Assembly (NCBI RefSeq): GCF_000223395.1
Contig: NC_015931.1
Span: 120,001-152,000, forward strand
Length of the DNA: 32,000 nt
Reading direction: 5' to 3'
DNA from: Pyrolobus fumarii 1A
GTDB taxonomy: Archaea; Thermoproteota; Thermoprotei_A; Sulfolobales; Pyrodictiaceae
The position numbers and the translations under genes were made by a program. Shown in pieces: positions 7,946 through 14,555 of this stretch. The notes below the pieces were generated by a model. That model saw only the letters and a list, made by a program, of their open reading frames with translations. It had not been told where the DNA came from and searched no databases. The stretch's first letter is position 1, and every line of letters begins with the position of its first letter.

Positions 7946-9010
7946 CTAGATGCTTTCCAACACTCTTATCAAAACGTCGCTTGGCACCTCGAATCTGGAT
8001 AGCATCTCGGCTGGGCACAAGCCTCTACTCTCTTCTAGAATCGTTACTATATCATCGGGTTTATCGACGGACTCTATGTTGCGTATCGGAAACCCCATCT
8101 TCTCGAGAACTTGGTTGATATGCGTGGGATAGAGGCTAATCGCGGGTTTACACATGAGTGCAGCTTCGCGAGCCATCGTTGCACCGCCAGTCACAACTCC
8201 CGCCGCATGACAGTATAGATCAAGAGTCTCTACAGCCTCGCCCCACACTATCTTTACCATCTTAGGGTATCGTTCTACCATATGCCTCAAATGTTGCAAA
8301 TCATCTTCGTAGCGAGGGAATATGACAACTTGATAACCATTCTTCACGATAGCATCCACTATCTCGTTAACGTTTGGGATGCTCCTACCTTGATAATATA
8401 CAGCCTTTCTTTCAGGTACACGCAGAACAATGTACTTGTTCGGCTCGAGACCCATATCTTCCAGAAGCCCTTCGTTACAACGATAGCCGCGTATCCACTC
8501 CCACTCTTCGATACCATAGAAGCTTACAACACGCGTAAAGCGCGTCAACACATACCATTCGAAATGATGGCGGGGCACCAGCGCCGAGTGGATAAGCACG
8601 TCAGCCAACGGTATTGTTAGCCGATGAGGAGGGACACTATGAGGACTATCACTGAACACTATTATGGGTATTGAGAGACCAAAAGCAACCCTAGTCGCAG
8701 ATGGACTCGGATATGACACTAGCACATCAGGCTTATACTCGTCGATTATCCTCAGCAGAGCCGCCATTCGCTCAATGTCAGCTTCTAGCTTGCCCTTCAA
8801 ACTCTCTCCGCCATGACGCCCTACACTCACATAGTTGACGCCGTGTCTACGTAGCACAGACTCCGTGAAATCATAGCTACGAGCTGTTACGAGAACCTCA
8901 TACCCTTCCTTTACAAGCCTCGTGTAGAGGGCAGCAGCAAGCCTAGCTTGCTTAGGAGTTAACGCGTCAATCCAGATTCTCAAGGCTCCCGGCGACCGTT
9001 TTAGTATCAC
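7946..9010 (-). CDS. DUF354 protein (COG1817, predicted glycosyltransferase / epimerase-like fold)
   Basis: 354 aa. The N-terminus IWIDALTPKQARL...L.KEGYEVLVTARSYDFTESVL..HGVNY.SVGRHGGESLKGKL matches my memory of the DUF354 pattern. Confidence 0.7.
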   Translation of the reverse strand: MILKRSPGALRIWIDALTPKQARLAAALYTRLVKEGYEVLVTARSYDFTESVLRRHGVNYVSVGRHGGESLKGKLEADIERMAALLRIIDEYKPDVLVSYPSPSATRVAFGLSIPIIVFSDSPHSVPPHRLTIPLADVLIHSALVPRHHFEWYVLTRFTRVVSFYGIEEWEWIRGYRCNEGLLEDMGLEPNKYIVLRVPERKAVYYQGRSIPNVNEIVDAIVKNGYQVVIFPRYEDDLQHLRHMVERYPKMVKIVWGEAVETLDLYCHAAGVVTGGATMAREAALMCKPAISLYPTHINQVLEKMGFPIRNIESVDKPDDIVTILEESRGLCPAEMLSRFEVPSDVLIRVLESI

Positions 9011-9030
9011 CGCATTATCTAGTGCTATAA

Positions 9031-9405
9031 TTGGCGGGGACCTTGTCCCGCATAGAAGAGTTCGCCGGCTTATTACGCAAGCGAGGCTACCAGGTGGAAT
9101 CTAGCGATTCTGTCGTCATAGCTCGTCATCCTTCGGCTCCCATTAGCCTCGAGGTCCGGTTAGAGAAGGATACCTTGTATCTACGTCTAAAGTATAGTGA
9201 TATACGCGATTACATCGATGATCTCCGTGAGGCGGAGAGTGACGAGAGTGCCAAAGAGTTTATAGAGGAGGTTCTAGACGATTTGAGTGAAGCTGCGAAC
9301 CAGTTGGAAGTACTTGCACGCCAGAAGGGTATACGCGTACAATCCACTGTAAAACGCGATGTCTTGGATATACTAGAGGCACTCGAGGATATACTCGAGT
9401 CTTAA
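9031..9405 (+). CDS. small acidic hypothetical protein
   Basis: 124 aa with a TTG start, strongly acidic C-terminal half, fills the gap after the DUF354 gene. No family recognised. Confidence 0.45.
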   Translation: MAGTLSRIEEFAGLLRKRGYQVESSDSVVIARHPSAPISLEVRLEKDTLYLRLKYSDIRDYIDDLREAESDESAKEFIEEVLDDLSEAANQLEVLARQKGIRVQSTVKRDVLDILEALEDILES

Positions 9406-9557
9406 GCTAGATGTTCTAACAGCAACACCAAGTAGTACATTGCTAATCCTATCATTGCTAGTTTAGCTGCGCGTTTCCTCCACCGACCATACACTATTAT
9501 TGAAATTATGCTAAACGCTGAAGGTGCAAGCCAGAGGTGAGTGAGGGAATTCACCAT
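9402..9557 (-). CDS. possible 51-aa two-TM micro-protein
   Basis: The last 51 codons of track ORF 9402-9863 start at an ATG (9557-9555) and exactly fill the 150-nt gap between the acidic ORF and the DegT gene: MVNSLTHLWLAPSAFSIISIIVYGRWRKRAAKLAMIGLAMYYLVLLLEHLA. That gives two hydrophobic helices separated by a basic loop. The upstream part of the track ORF is antisense to DegT and was discarded. Confidence 0.3.
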   Translation of the reverse strand: MVNSLTHLWLAPSAFSIISIIVYGRWRKRAAKLAMIGLAMYYLVLLLEHLA

Positions 9558-10680
9558 GTCGTCGCGCACCATACGGATATCAGAGCCTCTGCTCGAGGAG
9601 GATGATATAACTCTTGTTCTTGAAGCTTTGCGTTCCGGGTGGTTATCGGGAGGCCCATACGTTGAGAAGTTTGAAGAAGAGTTTGCAAAGTATATCGGCG
9701 TTAAACACGCCATAACCGTGGCTAATGGCACCATGGCTTTGATAGCTGCGTTGTACGCCGCCGGTGTAAGACCTGGCGACGAGGTCATAGTGCCTTGTTT
9801 CACGTTTGCAGCTACAGCTGCAGCCGTAGTTGCCCTCGGAGCCAAGCCGGTGTTTGCCGACATAGAGCTTGAGACCTACAACATAAGCGTGGAGGATGTG
9901 GAGGAGAAGCTTACTAGGAGGGCGCGAGCTATCATAGCAGTCCATCTGTTCGGCCACATGGCCGATATGAAGAGGTTGAAACGACTAGCCGAGGAGGAGA
10001 ACATAGTGCTTATCGAAGATGCTGCACAAGCACACGGTTCTAGCTTAGAGGGTGTTAAGGCAGGGGCATGGGGTGATGCAGCTGCATTCAGCTTCTATGC
10101 CACAAAGAACATGACCATGGGTGAGGGTGGCGCTGTAACAACCAGTAACGATGAGATAGCGTGGCGTGTGAGAATGCTAAGAAATCACGGTCAGGAGAGC
10201 AAGTATAACCATGTAACATTTGGTCTCAACATGAGGATCACATCGCTACAAGCGGCATTAGGCCTAGCCCAGCTTCGGAAACTAGAGAGGATGAATGAAG
10301 CTCGTCGAAGAAATGCTAGAATGTTAAGCGAGGGTCTGCGCGATACTGGCCTCATTCTACCTGTAGAGAAACCCGGCTATCGACACGTTTACCATCAGTA
10401 CGTGGTGAGAGTCGATCCTGAACGGGTAGACATAACGCGCGATGAACTCGCACGTAGGTTGCGCGAGCGTGGGGTAGAGACTGCAGTTCACTATCCTAGA
10501 GCTCTGCCAGACCAGCCATTCTATCGCGCGCTGGGATATCCCCCAGCCGAGAAGATATGCCCTAACGCTGCTATAGCAGCACAGCAAGTGCTTAGCCTCC
10601 CAGTGCATCCCAAACTGACACACGAGGATATCAGATACGTTATACGGGCGGTTCGAGAAGCACTGGGGATGGAGGGATGA
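9556..10680 (+). CDS. DegT/DnrJ/EryC1/StrS-family PLP-dependent sugar aminotransferase
   Basis: ATG at 9556. EEFAKYIGVKHAI.V.NGT.AL, FTF.AT..A, IEDAAQAHG, SFYATKN.T.GEGG and NHGQ are all hallmark segments of this family. Confidence 0.9.
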   Translation: MSSRTIRISEPLLEEDDITLVLEALRSGWLSGGPYVEKFEEEFAKYIGVKHAITVANGTMALIAALYAAGVRPGDEVIVPCFTFAATAAAVVALGAKPVFADIELETYNISVEDVEEKLTRRARAIIAVHLFGHMADMKRLKRLAEEENIVLIEDAAQAHGSSLEGVKAGAWGDAAAFSFYATKNMTMGEGGAVTTSNDEIAWRVRMLRNHGQESKYNHVTFGLNMRITSLQAALGLAQLRKLERMNEARRRNARMLSEGLRDTGLILPVEKPGYRHVYHQYVVRVDPERVDITRDELARRLRERGVETAVHYPRALPDQPFYRALGYPPAEKICPNAAIAAQQVLSLPVHPKLTHEDIRYVIRAVREALGMEG

Positions 10681-10687
10681 GGATAAA

Positions 10688-10716
10688 CTCCCCGACCCGA
10701 AGGGTGAGGATTAACC
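10688..10716 (+). repeat. degenerate copy of the CTCC...CCCGAGGGGTGAGGAT repeat family seen at 23.0-23.9 kb
   Basis: CTCCCCGACCCGAAGGGTGAGGATTAACC compared with copy c (23778-23814) CTCCAGTGGAACCCGAGGGGTGAGGATCCCA. Confidence 0.4.
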
Positions 10717-10735
10717 CCCTTCCGACCGCCCACCA

Positions 10736-10794
10736 CCGGTGATGAGCCTCCTCTCAACATTCCGATGAGTGAGGATCCTCACGGAGGCTGAGGG
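10736..10794 (+). ncRNA. candidate C/D box sRNA in the DegT-trm10 spacer
   Basis: GUGAUGA (10739-10745) ... CCGA (10762-10765) - UGA - GUGAGGA (C'-like, 10769-10775) - UCCUCACGGAGG (exactly 12 nt) - CUGA (10788-10791). The first spacer is 16 nt, which is atypical. The element contains the perfect 14-nt palindrome GTGAGGATCCTCAC (10769-10782). Confidence 0.3.
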
Positions 10795-10796
10795 TC

Positions 10797-11894
10797 TTGA
10801 AGATATTAAGGTATAACACGGTATGCGAGAATGAATGCCTCTTCTATAAGTTGCTTCGGTTGCTCAACGAATATGGCTGGTATAACCTAGGCCTTGGTGC
10901 ATGGATAAAGTCAAGACGTATTAGGGATAATGGGTTCCAAGAGGTTGCTCTGCGCGTTCTAGTATGGAGTGGAGTTGTAGGCGAAGCCTCGCGTATAAAA
11001 GGTGGCATCGATCAAGTCTTGAATTATCAAGGGCGTGAATATCGTTTTGTATTTGGGCCTGGAGATGTAAAAGCCGATGCAGCCTACTATCAACATAGGT
11101 GTAAAAGCAGCTACTGTATAGAGCACGACGATATAGTGTCCCTTCTTCCCGAGAAGCCTAAGCCACTCATAGTTATCGACCTGGCACAACTACACATGCA
11201 TAATCTGGATGAGGCTTCAAGCCTTAGACGACAGTTGGCAGCCACGCTCGGTGTGATTAGGAGATTCCTATGGGATCGTCATCTATTGTTGACGAATGCC
11301 GCTGAGGGTGTACGTGCATGGTTAAAGAGTTTCATGGCAACCATGCAGGTGCAAATGAGTAGCCTGAACACGGATGATGCTCTAGACGTTAGAGGGTATA
11401 CTGGGTTAAGGATACTACTTGACCCTAATGCCGACAAAGATTTGCAACCCGATGAGGTGGTTAAGGCCGATGTTTTCATACTAGGTGGCATAGTGGATAA
11501 GAGGCCTAGGCCTGGAGCTACTCGCGAACTACCGATAGAAGGTGCTGTGAGACGCAGGATATCGCTTCGCGGAAGCATTATAGGAGTTCCTCATACTATC
11601 AACACGCTCGTCGAGGCCCTTCTACTTGCGCGCTACGTTTACGATGGTAATATTGAAAGGGCATTATACGATGTCACGCCTCCCCATGAGGCCCGCATAA
11701 GAGCGTATGTTGAAATATCACGTGTTATTCGTGGAGCTAAGGGCGCTTATGTTGACTGGGACTTGTATGAGGAGCTTGTTAAGTGGCTACCTCTACGCCC
11801 ACGAGATTTCGAAAAGGCTGCTAGAATGGCTGGCGCACGATTAAGAAGGAGTTACGAGGAGTACCTGCTCAGCAAAGACCAATCTCATCACTAG
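10797..11894 (+). CDS. trm10: tRNA m1R9 (m1A9/m1G9) methyltransferase Trm10, SPOUT class
   Basis: VIRRFLWDRHL, DVFILGGIVDKRPRPG and ISLRGSIIGVPHTINTLVEALL closely match my memory of Sulfolobus acidocaldarius Trm10 (VIRKFLWDGNL, VFVIGGIVDKGRR, IQLRGSIIGVPDEINKILEIIL). The only in-frame start before the conserved region is the TTG at 10797. Confidence 0.7.
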   Translation: MKILRYNTVCENECLFYKLLRLLNEYGWYNLGLGAWIKSRRIRDNGFQEVALRVLVWSGVVGEASRIKGGIDQVLNYQGREYRFVFGPGDVKADAAYYQHRCKSSYCIEHDDIVSLLPEKPKPLIVIDLAQLHMHNLDEASSLRRQLAATLGVIRRFLWDRHLLLTNAAEGVRAWLKSFMATMQVQMSSLNTDDALDVRGYTGLRILLDPNADKDLQPDEVVKADVFILGGIVDKRPRPGATRELPIEGAVRRRISLRGSIIGVPHTINTLVEALLLARYVYDGNIERALYDVTPPHEARIRAYVEISRVIRGAKGAYVDWDLYEELVKWLPLRPRDFEKAARMAGARLRRSYEEYLLSKDQSHH

Positions 11895-11943
11895 CCTCAG
11901 CGATAGCTGGTCACATCACAGCCGATTACAACTCAACAGAGAT

Positions 11944-12633
11944 TCACCCCTTATAGACATAGACATTATCTTTACGTTCTACGATGCCTCGCTCCTCTAG
12001 CATCAGTAGCGCCTCACGGTAATAGAGGTCGCCTACATCCACACCATACCACTCAACGAATTTCTTCTTGATCTCGTCGTAGGTCCATTCGCGCTTACCC
12101 TCCTCTCTAGCAGCCTCCTCCATCATCCTCTTTATGAACTGCATGGTATCCTCTAGTCTCGTCCAGGGATACTGGAACCATACCCATTCACGCACCTCAA
12201 TGTAGTAATAATCCGGTTTGAATTTTGCAACAGTGCTTATCCATTGAAGAGCCGCCACCTTGAGTTCGTCCGGCTTCCACTCGCGCTGTACGAACTCCTT
12301 CGCGAGCATCAGTGTCTCTCCGGTATCAACTATATCATCCACTATTAGTGCACGATGACCACTCAGATCAACGTGATAGGGGAATTTGAGGATAGCCTTC
12401 TCGGACGCTTGAGCCGCAGCAACCCAATGCTGACTCTGTATGCTTAGAAGGTTTTCAACACCAAGGAAGTCACATAGTAGCCTAGCAGGGACATAACCAC
12501 CTCGCGCCACAGCTATTATGACAGTTGGCTTATACCCGTCCTCTCTTATCTTCTTAGCAAGCCCGTACGCCCATTCAACTATTTCATCCCATGTCACGAG
12601 CTTCACTGGGACGCGCGGCAAGTATCCCACCAC
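11944..12633 (-). CDS. purine (6-oxopurine type) phosphoribosyltransferase with C-terminal extension
   Basis: PRPP-binding motif ALIVDDIVDTGETL preceded by IIAVARGGYVPARLL. Layout resembles COG2236. Confidence 0.85.
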   Translation of the reverse strand: MVGYLPRVPVKLVTWDEIVEWAYGLAKKIREDGYKPTVIIAVARGGYVPARLLCDFLGVENLLSIQSQHWVAAAQASEKAILKFPYHVDLSGHRALIVDDIVDTGETLMLAKEFVQREWKPDELKVAALQWISTVAKFKPDYYYIEVREWVWFQYPWTRLEDTMQFIKRMMEEAAREEGKREWTYDEIKKKFVEWYGVDVGDLYYREALLMLEERGIVERKDNVYVYKG

Positions 12634-12660
12634 GGGCCCCGCGCGTAACGGTATATAGGC

Positions 12661-13080
12661 CTAACTCTTGTTACAAGGGTCGTACTTCTCGTCAACAGTG
12701 GCCTTGGACGGAATCACGCAGATAAACTCAAAATCCTCATTACCCACGTTTACGTATTCATGCTCCACGTTAGGCGGTATCAATAGGTAATCACCTGCAC
12801 GCACAACATACCTACTACGACCTATACGAACAACACCCTCTCCCTTCAATACAAAGATGCCATGTTCCCAAGGATGCGTATGCGCTGGTATCACTGCACC
12901 AGGCTCAATTCTAAACACTCTCATTGCAAAACCACGCGCTTCTCCACCACGAATGAGCCACCGTATCCACACCCCCTTCAACTCAACATTATTCATAACA
13001 ACCTTCTCTTCACTAACGCCAGTATAGTTACCTACTATCTCACCGCACGGTCCCCTACGTACTACTGCCAACATCAGCAC
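12661..13080 (-). CDS. cupin-domain protein
   Basis: Cupin motifs IPAHTHPWEHGIFVLKGEG ... GDYLLIPPNVEH. The real start may be the internal Met at about 12996. Confidence 0.75.
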   Translation of the reverse strand: MLMLAVVRRGPCGEIVGNYTGVSEEKVVMNNVELKGVWIRWLIRGGEARGFAMRVFRIEPGAVIPAHTHPWEHGIFVLKGEGVVRIGRSRYVVRAGDYLLIPPNVEHEYVNVGNEDFEFICVIPSKATVDEKYDPCNKS

Positions 13081-13132
13081 CTGCGAGAATCTAGTCCATG
13101 TCTACCACTTGAAAAATGTGATAGCTATATTT

Positions 13133-13366
13133 CGCGGGTCGCTACCGGCCCGGCAGTCCTCACCGCCCGGGTCTCCCCCGGGCTCCGCGGGCTAGGGGCG
13201 CAAGGGGGCCCGCTCATCCCCAGAAACAGGGACCCCCAACACATCCGTCATAAACAGTTGTGGTTGAGCGTTTGATGTCCCCACAAGCATTGTGCCCCGC
13301 CTGACCGCCCCGCTTCATCGCCTCCGCTGCCGGGCCTCTGCGGGTGTGAGACCGGCGGGGCCCTCT
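13133..13366 (-). ncRNA. G+C-rich structured RNA island, class unresolved (K-turn motifs; 5' hairpin is H/ACA-like)
   Basis: A 234-nt block, clearly more G+C-rich than its flanks, lies in a 360-nt gap without a credible ORF. A 10-bp long-range helix joins GGCCCGGCAG (13336-13327) with CUGCCGGGCC (13156-13147). On the minus strand there are a hairpin with 8-bp lower stem, internal loop, 5-bp upper stem, tandem G.A with GAU bulge and ACA directly 3' (13361-13291), and a second clean K-turn hairpin, GA-GCCCGGG-GGAGA-CCCGGGC-GGU-GA (13185-13160). A TATA-like TTATAG sits about 25 nt upstream on the minus strand. The strand call rests on the K-turn motifs and is not certain. Confidence 0.4.
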
Positions 13367-13443
13367 ATGCTAATGCATTGAACCCCCTATAAGGCTTGGA
13401 GTTAAGTACCCTGGGCCGAACAGCTAGGGTTAGGCATTGTGCC

Positions 13444-14535
13444 ATGAAGAGTGTGGTCGTGGTTGGCTCTGGATTTGCAGGCGTTGAGGCTGTCAGCATG
13501 CTCGGGCGTCTATGCGGCGAGAAGCTCGACTGCATATGGGTGAGCGCCAATGGCCAGCTTGTATTTCTGCCAGCATTGCCGGAAGTCGCTGGTGGCAGAT
13601 TAAACCCCGAGGATGTCGCGTGGAGCGTCGAAAGGTATGCCAAGAGGAATGGTTTCCAGCTTGTTAAGCAACGCGTAACCGTTGTAGAACAGTCTCGCAT
13701 TATACTCGAGAATGGTGAGCAGATAAGTTATGATTATCTGCTTCTCGCTACTGGCGCTTCACCAGCATTCTTTAACATACCGGGTGCGCGCGAACACAGC
13801 ATACCGTTGTATACTGTTGACGCAGCTGTAAAGATACGTGACTTGATAGACAGGGTTAATCGTATTGTTATCGTTGGTGCGGGTCTTGTGGGTGTGGAGG
13901 TCGCAGCCGAAGCTAAGATACGCCGTAACGACATACACGTAACCCTAGTTGATATGATGGATAAGCCTCTTGCCGCCCTCCGTAATGATAAGGCATCACG
14001 ACTTGTACAGCAAGAGCTTGAGAAGTTGGGTATTGAAACCTTGTATGGTGCACGCGTGACAGCAGTCAAAGAAGGTGTCATAGAAACTACTCGTGGCAGC
14101 ATTGAAGCCGATATAGTGATATGGGCGGCTGGATTGCAAGCATGCACGCCAGAGATACGTGTTGACGGAATCAAACGCGTGAAGGGAGGTTATCTTAGCG
14201 TTGATCCTTACCTTCGCGTGGCTGGCAACATATTCGCAGCAGGTGATGTAACTTGCGTAGAGTGCAAAGGTTGCTATGCGCTCAAGATGGTTAGAGAGGC
14301 TATGAGACAGGGCAAGACAGCAGCCCGCAATATTGTAACTCTTGTAACAGGTTCCAGCAAACTCGCCAGGTATAAGCCGTTGATAACAGACTGTAGACCG
14401 TTGGCTGGCGTCACACTCGGGCCTAAGAAGGGAGTGCTGGTCTACGGCAAGAAGTTTGCATTGAAGACTGGCCTCGTCGGATGGTATAAAGAGTGGCAGA
14501 GGAAGCGTTATGCATCAAGGCTCACGAGTGCATAG
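13444..14535 (+). CDS. FAD-dependent pyridine nucleotide-disulfide oxidoreductase, NDH-2 / sulfide:quinone reductase-like
   Basis: ATG at 13444: MKSVVVVGSGFAGVEA (first Rossmann fold), IVIVGAGLVGVEVAAE (second), AAGD near the C-terminus. Confidence 0.85.
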   Translation: MKSVVVVGSGFAGVEAVSMLGRLCGEKLDCIWVSANGQLVFLPALPEVAGGRLNPEDVAWSVERYAKRNGFQLVKQRVTVVEQSRIILENGEQISYDYLLLATGASPAFFNIPGAREHSIPLYTVDAAVKIRDLIDRVNRIVIVGAGLVGVEVAAEAKIRRNDIHVTLVDMMDKPLAALRNDKASRLVQQELEKLGIETLYGARVTAVKEGVIETTRGSIEADIVIWAAGLQACTPEIRVDGIKRVKGGYLSVDPYLRVAGNIFAAGDVTCVECKGCYALKMVREAMRQGKTAARNIVTLVTGSSKLARYKPLITDCRPLAGVTLGPKKGVLVYGKKFALKTGLVGWYKEWQRKRYASRLTSA

Positions 14536-14555
14536 CCAAGTGGTAGATTAATTTA

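Noticed and set aside
7653-7949. Track ORF 7653-7949(+) and ORF 7628-7846(-)
   Set aside because: They run across tRNA-Cys and the sRNA candidate and have low-complexity translations. These are artefacts.
13133-13366. SRP (7S) RNA as the identity of the G+C-rich island, tempting because srp54 is in the same window
   Set aside because: At about 234 nt it is shorter than the roughly 300 nt typical of archaeal SRP RNA. On neither strand could I find the near-universal helix-8 segment (GGAA tetraloop followed by G(G/A)AGCA) or the Alu-domain UGUAAC-type U-turn. 5S rRNA is also excluded, because the conserved loop sequences are absent. A covariance-model scan should still be run.
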